DNA of 64,000 nt. Source: Candidatus Bathyanammoxibius amoris. Its GTDB lineage: Bacteria; Planctomycetota; Brocadiia; Brocadiales; Bathyanammoxibiaceae. Below, in pieces: positions 25,037 to 32,956 of the stretch; positions within the stretch are counted from its first letter, which is position 1; each line of letters opens with the position of its first letter. Made by a program: the position numbers and the translations under genes. Location: assembly GCA_024451685.1 (NCBI GenBank), contig JAMXCW010000009.1, positions 3,872 to 67,871 on the forward strand, written 5' to 3'. A model generated the notes under the pieces. The model was not told the DNA's origin, did not search any database, and saw nothing but the letters and a program-made list of their open reading frames with translations.

Positions 25037-26080
25037 ATGTTCTACAATCTTAAAGAGACAGGGGGTTTTCGTGTGAAGACCTTTTACATAGTTGGGTTGT
25101 TTTCAGTTGTTTTACTGTGCGGGTGTGCGGGCAGGCCCGCGGCCGGGCCTTACGTGTCAGAGTCAGGGTCAGAGCCTGACTCCCCCAGAGCGCAGAGACG
25201 GTTTGAGTTCTTGTATTCGGCGGATATTGCGAATATCCCAATGGCCGCAAAGGACGTCCGGATATGGTTCCCGGTACCGCAGTCCGATAAGAACCAGAGA
25301 ATCAGCCGCCTGGAGATAAAGACCCCGGAAAGTTACGGGGTCCACACCGGGCCTGTGTATGGCAACAAGATAGGCTACATACACGTGACAGGCGCCCCGC
25401 CGCCAAGCATCCCCGTATCGCTCAGTTTTGAGGTGACACGCTACGAGGACCGGGGAGGCAACAGCCCTTCACCGCCCGGTGGAGACGTTCACAAATTCCT
25501 GCAACCCTCACGCCGCGGCGCCATAACCCCGGAGGTAAGTAAGGCCGCCTCAGGCATTGAGGATGTCTGGGCGGTACCTCAGGATAGACTGAAAGCCGCC
25601 TACCAGTACGTTATAGACAATATGGAGTATAAGAAGGAGGGAACGGGATGGGGCCATGGCGACACCGCCTGGGCCTGCAGGGTGGGATACGGAAACTGCA
25701 CCGACTACCATGCCCTCTTCATCGCCCTGTCTCAGGCCATGGGGGTTCCCGCCAATTTTGAGATTGGCTTTTCACTGCCTTCCGGCGAGACAGAGGGCAC
25801 GGTCGGGGGTTATCACTGCTGGGCACATTATTATATCCCGGAAGAGGGATGGGTCCCGGTTGACGTCTCCGAGGCCGACAAGCGCCCTGTTTTTAAAGAC
25901 TACTTCTTTGGGGCGCACGACCCCAACAGAATAAAATTCACCATGGGGCGCGACATCATACTTGAGCCGAGACAGAAGGGCGGGCCGCTCAATTATTTTA
26001 TCTACCCTTACGTTGAGGTGGATGGCATCCGGCACGAGGACATGACCCTGCGCATCAGTTTTAGAGACATTAGTGAATAA
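25037..26080 (+). CDS. Transglutaminase-like cysteine peptidase domain lipoprotein
   Basis: Lipobox LLCGC, and a Cys-His-Asp core (GNCTDYHALF, YHCWAHYY, VPVDVSEAD). The alternative GTG start at 25073 has a better RBS. Confidence 0.75.
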   Translation: MFYNLKETGGFRVKTFYIVGLFSVVLLCGCAGRPAAGPYVSESGSEPDSPRAQRRFEFLYSADIANIPMAAKDVRIWFPVPQSDKNQRISRLEIKTPESYGVHTGPVYGNKIGYIHVTGAPPPSIPVSLSFEVTRYEDRGGNSPSPPGGDVHKFLQPSRRGAITPEVSKAASGIEDVWAVPQDRLKAAYQYVIDNMEYKKEGTGWGHGDTAWACRVGYGNCTDYHALFIALSQAMGVPANFEIGFSLPSGETEGTVGGYHCWAHYYIPEEGWVPVDVSEADKRPVFKDYFFGAHDPNRIKFTMGRDIILEPRQKGGPLNYFIYPYVEVDGIRHEDMTLRISFRDISE

Positions 26081-26205
26081 CCCGGCATTACACCCGTCAC
26101 AGTAGCAGTAGTAGTGGTATGTATAAAAGCCGTTGCAATGGGTTCGGCTTGGGGTAAAATAACTCTGCGTCGTTTCCCGGTAACAAATCTCAGAGGGGGA
26201 TATAT

Positions 26206-27387
26206 ATGGGCCCGCCTTGTGTCATCCTCAGTGCCTGCAGGACCCCAATAGGTGCCTTAAACGGTTTTCTCGGCCCTCTCCCGGCCACTATGATGGGTGC
26301 CATCGTCGTTGAAGAGGCCATAAAGAGGGCGGGTATAAAACCGGAGGATGTAGACGAGGTCATAATGGGGAACGTCCTTTCTGCCGGACTGGGTCAGGCA
26401 CCGGCCAGACAGGCTGCCCTGGGCGCGGGACTGCCGCCGGCGGTTTCCACCCTCACGGTGAACAAGGTCTGCGGTTCGGGACTGAAAGCTGTCATGCTCG
26501 GCGCGCAGTTGGTGTCTAGCGGTGAGGCGGGGATGGTGGTGGCCGGGGGTATGGAGAATATGAGCCGCTCGCCATATATACTGGACAGGGCACGCATCGG
26601 CTACCGGCTGGGACACAGTTATCTCATTGACAGTATAGTCAGGGACGGCCTGTGGGACGTATATAACGACTACCATATGGGTACCGCTGCCGAGCAACTG
26701 GCAGAGAGGTACAAGTTCTCGAGGGAAGACCTTGACGACTTCGCCGTCCAGAGCTACGAAAAGACCCTGCGGGCACAGCAGGAAGGCCGCTTCGACCACG
26801 AGATGGTGCCGGTGGAAGTACCGGGGGAGGACGGGGTGCCGGTTGTTATCAAGGAGGATGAATGTCCCGCGCGGTTTGACAGGGAAAGGATGTTTACGCT
26901 GCCGCCGGCGTTCAAGAAGGACGGAGGGCTTACACCCGGAAATTCATCTGCGATTAGTGACGGTGCGTCTGCCCTGGTGCTGACCTCGGAGGAGAATGCC
27001 AAAAATCTCGGCCTCAAGCCTATGGCCAGGATAGTAGCACATACCGAGGCGGGGCTGCAGCCTGAACTTTTTTCTATGGCTCCGGTTACGGCCATAAAGG
27101 AGCTTATGAACAAGACGGGGCTCAGCATCGATGATATCGACCTGTTCGAGATAAACGAGGCCTTTGCCTCCACAGCCCTTGCCATCACCCAGGAGCTCGC
27201 GATAGACCCCGGCAGGCTCAACGTAAAGGGCGGCGCAATCGCCCTGGGCCACCCGATAGGCGCCAGCGGCGCGAGGATTCTTACCACACTCCTGTATGCC
27301 ATGAAGGAACGTCAGGTGCAGAAGGGCCTGGCCGCTCTTTGTATCGGAGGAGGTGAGGCCGTGACAGTGGTGGTAGAGGCGGTGTAG
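26206..27387 (+). CDS. Acetyl-CoA C-acetyltransferase (thiolase II)
   Basis: VNKVCGSGLKAV, NEAFA, GHPIGASGARIL and CIGGGEAV motifs. Confidence 0.9.
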   Translation: MGPPCVILSACRTPIGALNGFLGPLPATMMGAIVVEEAIKRAGIKPEDVDEVIMGNVLSAGLGQAPARQAALGAGLPPAVSTLTVNKVCGSGLKAVMLGAQLVSSGEAGMVVAGGMENMSRSPYILDRARIGYRLGHSYLIDSIVRDGLWDVYNDYHMGTAAEQLAERYKFSREDLDDFAVQSYEKTLRAQQEGRFDHEMVPVEVPGEDGVPVVIKEDECPARFDRERMFTLPPAFKKDGGLTPGNSSAISDGASALVLTSEENAKNLGLKPMARIVAHTEAGLQPELFSMAPVTAIKELMNKTGLSIDDIDLFEINEAFASTALAITQELAIDPGRLNVKGGAIALGHPIGASGARILTTLLYAMKERQVQKGLAALCIGGGEAVTVVVEAV

Positions 27388-27467
27388 TATAAGACTATGG
27401 AATTCTGTATTATGATTGGTAGTTGTATAGAATTTGGTTTTGTCCGCATTTATTATGGAGATACGTG

Positions 27468-28319
27468 ATGGAGATTAAGCGCGTAGGTGTAGTGGGCAGC
27501 GGGCAGATGGGCCAGGGCATCGCTCAGGTGGTAGCTACGGCCGGGATGGAGGTAATTCTTACCGACCTGAGCGAGAAGCTTCTTAAAAGGGCCATGGAGC
27601 ACACCTCGTGGGGTATCCACAAGCTCATCGAAAAGGGCGTCCTGAAACCTGAACAGCAGGATGAGATATTGGACAGGATAACGGGTACCGTCAACCTGAA
27701 GGATATGCGCGGCGCGGACGTCATCATCGAGGCGGTCAGTGAGAACGAGTCGTTGAAGCTGGAGCTGTTCGCTATGCTCGACCCGATGTGCCCGCCGGAG
27801 ACCATCTTTGCCTCAAACACGTCATCAATACCTATTGCGAGGCTGGCGGAGGCCACCATGAGACAGGAACAGTTTGTGGGAATACACTTCATGAACCCCG
27901 CGCCTGTGATGGAACTGGTGGAGATAATTCCGGGCCCCAAGACCTCGAAAGAGACCCTTGCCGTTGCAAGGTCGTTGTGTGAGCGGCTGGGTAAGACCGC
28001 AATAGAGGTGAAGGACTCCCCCGGCTTTGTAGTCAACAGGATACTGGGGCCGATGATAAACGAGGCCGTCTATCTCCTGCAAGAGGGGGTCGCCAGTAAG
28101 GAAGACATCGATAAGGCCATGAAACTGGGCACAAAACACCCCATCGGCCCCCTGGCCCTGGCGGACTTTGTGGGCCTGGACACCTGCCTGGCCATAATGG
28201 AGATCCTTCACGAGCAGATGAAAGACTTCAAGTATAAGCCCTGCCCGCTCCTGAAGGAATACGTGGGGGCCGGGAAGCTGGGCGTGAAATCGGGGGAAGG
28301 GTTTTATAAATATAAATGA
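27468..28319 (+). CDS. hbd: 3-hydroxybutyryl-CoA dehydrogenase
   Basis: The internal ATG gives MEIKRVGVVGSGQMGQGIAQV (NAD fold), plus GFVVNRIL and HPIGPLALADFVGLD. Confidence 0.9.
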   Translation: MEIKRVGVVGSGQMGQGIAQVVATAGMEVILTDLSEKLLKRAMEHTSWGIHKLIEKGVLKPEQQDEILDRITGTVNLKDMRGADVIIEAVSENESLKLELFAMLDPMCPPETIFASNTSSIPIARLAEATMRQEQFVGIHFMNPAPVMELVEIIPGPKTSKETLAVARSLCERLGKTAIEVKDSPGFVVNRILGPMINEAVYLLQEGVASKEDIDKAMKLGTKHPIGPLALADFVGLDTCLAIMEILHEQMKDFKYKPCPLLKEYVGAGKLGVKSGEGFYKYK

Positions 28320-29164
28320 GGCTTGGTGAATTCACCATACATAGCTGCTCCGACGGTCTCTTTCGCCTCGACGGCGGCGCTATGTTCGGGATTGTGCCCC
28401 GTGTGCTGTGGGAGAGGACAGACCCGCCGGACGACAAAAACAGGATTCTCCTCGCCCTTCGCTCTTTACTCATTCAGACGGGAGAGGTCAACATCCTGGT
28501 AGACACCGGTATCGGGAGCAAGGGTGACCAGAAATTGCGTGACATCTATATGATTGACAGGAACCCGCCGCTTGAGGGCGCGCTTGCTGCACACGGCCTT
28601 ACACCGGGAGACATTGATATTGTTATAAACACCCACCTCCATCTGGACCACGCCGGGGGCAACACCTGTACCGGGGACGGCGGCGGCATCGTCCCGGCCT
28701 TCCCCGGCGCGAAATACGTTATCCAAAAGGGCGAGTGGGAAGATGCCGCAAACCCGGACGAGAGGAGCAGGGGGTCTTACATAGCCGAAGACTTCCTGCC
28801 GCTTGAGGGTTTTAAGGGGGCGATAGAGTTTATAGACGGAATGGAGGTTGAGGTCGTTACCGGCGTATCCGTCATGGTAACGGGCGGGCACACGCCCTTT
28901 CACCAGTGTGTAAAGGTGGAGTCCGGGGGAGAAGCGGCACTCTTTCTGGCCGACTTGGTACCCACTGCCAGTCATCTGCCCCTGCCTTACATGATGGCCT
29001 ATGACCTTGTCCCGCGTGATACACTCAGGGCGAAAAAGCACCTCCTCAAGCGGGCCGTAGAGGAAGAGTGGCTGGTCGTGTTCCAGCACGACCCAAGGGT
29101 AGAGGCCGGGTATCTGCGGATGGAGGGCGAGAGGCCGGTGTTGCGGGAGGAGGTCAAGCTCTGA
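28316..29164 (+). CDS. MBL-fold metallo-hydrolase
   Basis: HLHLDHAGGN motif. It overlaps both neighbours (4 nt with hbd, 1 nt with the crotonase). Confidence 0.8.
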   Translation: MRLGEFTIHSCSDGLFRLDGGAMFGIVPRVLWERTDPPDDKNRILLALRSLLIQTGEVNILVDTGIGSKGDQKLRDIYMIDRNPPLEGALAAHGLTPGDIDIVINTHLHLDHAGGNTCTGDGGGIVPAFPGAKYVIQKGEWEDAANPDERSRGSYIAEDFLPLEGFKGAIEFIDGMEVEVVTGVSVMVTGGHTPFHQCVKVESGGEAALFLADLVPTASHLPLPYMMAYDLVPRDTLRAKKHLLKRAVEEEWLVVFQHDPRVEAGYLRMEGERPVLREEVKL

Positions 29165-29934
29165 TGGGGAATCAACTTGTAGATTGTGTGGTAAAAGACG
29201 GTGTAGCCATAGTGACGTTTAACAACCCTCCGGTAAACGCCCTTTCCTCGCGGGTGATGAACGAACTGGATAAGACGTTGAGTGAACTGGACGACGTCAG
29301 GGTCATCGTCATTACAGGTGGAGGGAAGCTGTTCAGCGTGGGTGTCGATATAAAGGAGCTGGCCGGGATCTCGTCCGGCGAAGAGGCGAGGCGTTTTAGC
29401 GAGGGCTGCCATCGGGTGTTTGGCAGGCTTGAGAGTTCTAAGCGTCCGGTCATTGCCGCCGTTAACGGCCACTGTCTGGGCGGTGGTCTGGAACTTGCCC
29501 TTTGCTGCCACATAAGGATAGCGTCCGAGAACGCGCATCTGGGGCTGCCGGAGATAAACCTGGGCATCTTCCCCGGCGCCGGCGGCACACAGCGCCTTCC
29601 CAGGGTGGTGGGCAGTGCCAAGGCATTTGAGATGATACTGACGGGTGAACCCCTGAACGCCGATGATGCCTTCGCCTGCGGGCTTGTAAGCCGTGTGACC
29701 AGGCTGGAGTCGCTTATGGACGAGGCCCTCTTTCTTGCAAAAAGGATTGCCGCTAAACCGGGCCGTGCCGTTTCCCTTGTAGTCGAGGCCGTGGAGAGTG
29801 GGTGCAACATGCCCCTTGAACTGGCGCTTGAACTGGAATCAAAACTCTTTGGCGACGTCTTTACGACCGGGGACAGTAAAGAAGGGCTTAAGGCCTTCCT
29901 GGAAAAGCGCCCCCCCAAGTTTAAGCATAGATAG
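29164..29934 (+). CDS. Enoyl-CoA hydratase (crotonase family)
   Basis: ATG 29164 overlaps the upstream TGA. AAVNGHCLGGGLELALCCHIRIA and GLPEINLGIFPGAGGTQRL motifs. Confidence 0.85.
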   Translation: MGNQLVDCVVKDGVAIVTFNNPPVNALSSRVMNELDKTLSELDDVRVIVITGGGKLFSVGVDIKELAGISSGEEARRFSEGCHRVFGRLESSKRPVIAAVNGHCLGGGLELALCCHIRIASENAHLGLPEINLGIFPGAGGTQRLPRVVGSAKAFEMILTGEPLNADDAFACGLVSRVTRLESLMDEALFLAKRIAAKPGRAVSLVVEAVESGCNMPLELALELESKLFGDVFTTGDSKEGLKAFLEKRPPKFKHR

Positions 29935-30065
29935 ACGGGAAGGGTAAATAAAAACTTTACGTAAAGAGCTATGCCCCTACGTTTGGATTTGCCTCACACC
30001 CGCATAACGACATCAATTTTGCGGGGTTTTTCAGAGATTACAAATAACTCAGGGACCGGCTGTTA

Positions 30066-30845
30066 ATGAACATAATTGCCTGCGCAAGGCAAGTGCCTGC
30101 ACTTGAATCCACTATCAAACCACAGTCCTCTCCCCCGTTTATTGACAGTTCCGGCCTGACGTATATGACCAACCCGTTCGATGAGTTCGCGGTTGAGGAG
30201 GGTATACGGATAAAGGAGAGGCTGGGAGGGGGTGAATTGACCGTGGTGGCGGTGGGGCCTGAGGATGCTGACCAGATGCTGCTAAACGCGCTCGCAATGG
30301 GCGCGGACAGGGCCGTGCATGTAAACGTTAAAGAAGAAATTACGCACCGGCTGGACTCTTTTACGGTCGCGTCCCTGCTCAGGGATGCGATTAGTGAGAA
30401 AGGGAAGGGGTTTGATATCATCTTGTGCGGGAAGGAGGCCGTTGACGACCGGCAGGGCGCGGTGGGGATAGAACTGGCCGAGCTTCTGGGGCTGCCCCAC
30501 GTGGCGGCGGTGACCGGGCTGGACATAGATTTGGAGACAAAAAGGGCCACAGCCCGCAGGCAGATTGAAGCGGCGTGGGAGATTGTCGAGTGTCAACTGC
30601 CCGCGGTGATTACCTGTCACAAGGGCCTGAACGACCCGCGCTACCCGCCGCTGCCGGGAATTATGAAGGCGCGCGCGAAACCGCATGAAGACATAACAGA
30701 CCCGAAAATGCCGGCGGCGAAACTATTACTCACAAGACTTGAAAATCTGCCCCGGAGACAGGCAGGCAGGAAGCTGGAGGGGAACGTCCCGCAGGTGACC
30801 GGGGAGCTCCTGCGCCTGCTGCACGACGAGGCCAGGGTGATTTAG
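30066..30845 (+). CDS. etfB: Electron transfer flavoprotein beta subunit
   Basis: MNIIACARQVP N-terminus, NPFDEFAVEE and ILCGKEAVDD motifs. Confidence 0.85.
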   Translation: MNIIACARQVPALESTIKPQSSPPFIDSSGLTYMTNPFDEFAVEEGIRIKERLGGGELTVVAVGPEDADQMLLNALAMGADRAVHVNVKEEITHRLDSFTVASLLRDAISEKGKGFDIILCGKEAVDDRQGAVGIELAELLGLPHVAAVTGLDIDLETKRATARRQIEAAWEIVECQLPAVITCHKGLNDPRYPPLPGIMKARAKPHEDITDPKMPAAKLLLTRLENLPRRQAGRKLEGNVPQVTGELLRLLHDEARVI

Positions 30846-30896
30846 TTCTTACGGTGAATTGGTGTGCAGGGACGGGTTTTTGAATCGTGCCTGAGG

Positions 30897-30959
30897 CAGA
30901 CCCCCCATTTGTGGGGCGGGCCTGTCCGTGGGCGGACAGACCTAAAGGTCTGTCCCTAC
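30897..30959. repeat. REP-like hairpins (an H2-like family C variant plus a family A-like variant)
   Basis: CAGACCCCCCATTTGTGGGGCG (30897-30918) and GGACAGACC-TAAA-GGTCTGTCC-CTAC (30934-30959). Confidence 0.55.
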
Positions 30960-31025
30960 GAGAACCGTAGAACTTCATAAATAGGTTTAATAGCTTGCGT
31001 CTCGAGGTACGCAATATTGCTTAAT

Positions 31026-31400
31026 GTCATTGCGAGGGACGAAGGCCCGAAGCAATCTCGGAGGTTTTTTGGGTAATTGTCTAATGGGAAGCAAGCAATA
31101 TTACGTCTACATAATGACCAACAAAAGAAATACTGTTCTTTATACCAGGGTAACGAACAACCTGAAAAAGCGGACTTATGTGCATAAAAACAAGTTGGTT
31201 AACGGCTTCACCAAAAAGTACAACGTGGGTAAATTGGCGTACTGTGAGGTCTTTGATAGTGTGGAAACTGCAATACGCAGGGAGAAACAAATCAAAAGCG
31301 GCTCAAGACAAAAGAAGGTGGCTTTAATAAACAGGGTTAACGGAGAATGGAGGGATTTGTACGAGGAAATATGAGATTGCTTCGCTTCGCTCGCAATGAC
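31026..31400 (+). mobile_element. GIY-YIG nuclease cassette bounded by family B inverted repeats
   Basis: Left arm GTCATTGCGAGGGACGAAGGCCCGAAGCAATCTC (31026-31059) and right arm GAGATTGCTTCGCTTCGCTCGCAATGAC (31373-31400). The AT-rich ORF lies between them, and its stop codon overlaps the right arm. Confidence 0.75.
31084..31374 (+). CDS. GIY-YIG (URI-domain, COG2827-like) nuclease family protein
   Basis: YYVYIMTNKRNTVLYTRVTNNLKKRTYVHKN...GFTKKYNVGKLAYCEVF...AIRREKQIKSGSRQKK. The YIG element is degenerate (YTR). The alternative ATG at 31024 reads through the repeat arm. Confidence 0.85.
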   Translation: MGSKQYYVYIMTNKRNTVLYTRVTNNLKKRTYVHKNKLVNGFTKKYNVGKLAYCEVFDSVETAIRREKQIKSGSRQKKVALINRVNGEWRDLYEEI

Positions 31401-31518
31401 GGTTTGAGGTTAAGGTGATTTACTGTGTGGGTGAGATATTGTATACGGGGGCCTCTTTTGTTTATTAGCTTTGCAACTAAAACCAGTCTGCATCCAGAGG
31501 CACACTATGTTATTTTGT

Positions 31519-31556
31519 GTCATTGCGAGTCCACCTCAGGTAGACGAAGCAATCTC
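31519..31556. repeat. Solo family B arm
   Basis: GTCATTGCGAGTCCACCTCAGGTAGACGAAGCAATCTC. Confidence 0.75.
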
Positions 31557-31591
31557 ATGGATGCCTGTTAGAAGGTTTGGAAGATAAAAAT

Positions 31592-32590
31592 ATGCCACAA
31601 GAAATCCTGGTCATAACAGAGCAGAGGGGCGGAGAGTTTAAGAACGTAAACCTTGAGGTCATCGGGGAGGCGCAACGCCTCTCAGATGCCTGCGGGCTGG
31701 GTTTCAGCGTCTTTTTGTTGGGCCATAAGATTGATGAGCTAACCGGGCCCCTGCTCAATTATGGTGCCGGTGAACTTCTGGTGGCGGATTCTGAGATTTT
31801 GAAGGAGTACAATAACCAGGTCTATACGCACGTCCTGGCGGGTGAAATCTCCGGGCGTGAGAAAAAACCCGCGGCCATCCTCCTTCCCGCCACCGCAACC
31901 GGCAAAGACCTGGGCCCCCGGCTGGCGGCCCGGCTTGGAGGCGCCTATATCGCCGACTGTATCGCGCTCGATATAGACGGCGATTATTTGTTGGAGGCAA
32001 GGCGTCTTGTGTATGGTGGCAGTGTCATCGCCACAGTGAAGAGTGTCTGTCCCGAATCACAGGTCGCCACGCTCAGGCCAAATACCTTCGACAGGGCGGA
32101 GATTATTACTGATAAAGAAACCGCCGTTACCGGGATAAAGGCCGGACCACCGCCCAACCTGCGGACGGTCCTTAAAGAGGTTGTGTACGAGAAAGAACGC
32201 GGCATGGACATCGCCGAGGCCAGGGTGGTCATCTCAGGCGGCAGGGGCATGAAGGGGCCTGAGAACTACGGTATACTCGAGGAGCTGGCGGGCCTTCTAG
32301 GCGGAGCGGTGGGCGCCTCAAGGGCCGCGGTGGATGCGGGCTGGAGACCCGCGGACACACAGGTGGGCCTTACAGGTAAGACGATTGCCCCTGAGCTATA
32401 CATAGCCTGCGGCATCTCCGGCTCCCCGCAGCACCTGGCGGGGATGATGTCGTCCAGGTGTATAGTCGCCGTAAACAAAGACCCCGACGCGCCCATCTTC
32501 AAGGTGGCCGATTACGGCGTAGTAGCGGACCTGTTTGATGTAATTCCCCTGATGATAGAGGGGCTAAAGAAGAAGAATAATAAGGAGTAA
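31592..32590 (+). CDS. etfA: Electron transfer flavoprotein alpha subunit
   Basis: MPQEILVITEQRGG N-terminus and the C-terminal FAD motif YIACGISGSPQHLAGM. A TTG at 31577 is an alternative start. Confidence 0.85.
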   Translation: MPQEILVITEQRGGEFKNVNLEVIGEAQRLSDACGLGFSVFLLGHKIDELTGPLLNYGAGELLVADSEILKEYNNQVYTHVLAGEISGREKKPAAILLPATATGKDLGPRLAARLGGAYIADCIALDIDGDYLLEARRLVYGGSVIATVKSVCPESQVATLRPNTFDRAEIITDKETAVTGIKAGPPPNLRTVLKEVVYEKERGMDIAEARVVISGGRGMKGPENYGILEELAGLLGGAVGASRAAVDAGWRPADTQVGLTGKTIAPELYIACGISGSPQHLAGMMSSRCIVAVNKDPDAPIFKVADYGVVADLFDVIPLMIEGLKKKNNKE

Positions 32591-32626
32591 TTGGCCTTAA
32601 ATAACTCTTTTACGGAGCGAGCTTCC

Positions 32627-32887
32627 ATGTTAAGAAAACTACACAGAATAGTGGCGATAGTCTTTACCCCGTTCCTGCTGATTACTCCCATAACCGGCAT
32701 TATACTGCTCTTCAGAAAGACCGGACTTTACGGCGATGAGACAAAAAACCTGTTGCAGGGTATGCACAACTGAGAGATTGCCGCAAACTATGTAGGGATA
32801 ATACTGGCGCTGGGGCTTATTTTTATAGTCGCGACCGGCCTGGTCATGTTTATCCAGTATTGTTCAAGACGGGACAGGATATTTTAG
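32627..32887 (+). pseudogene. Small 2-TM PepSY-TM-like membrane protein interrupted by an in-frame TGA (32771-32773)
   Basis: MLRKLHRIVAIVFTPFLLITPITGIILLF...LLQGMHN-TGA-EIAANYVGIILALGLIFIVATGLVMFIQY. The second helix follows the stop in the same frame, down to TAG 32885-32887. Confidence 0.35.
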
Positions 32888-32956
32888 ATACAGGTTGTCT
32901 TCTGCAAGTGGCTGATGTGCGGCAATGCTGTTCATGACAAGGGTGTATATATTTTC

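Noticed and set aside
31024-31083. ATG 31024 as the start of the GIY-YIG ORF.
   Set aside because: The first 20 codons (MSLRGTKARSNLGGFLGNCL) are simply the translation of the repeat arm. The family-typical N-terminus (YYVYIMTN) begins right after ATG 31084.
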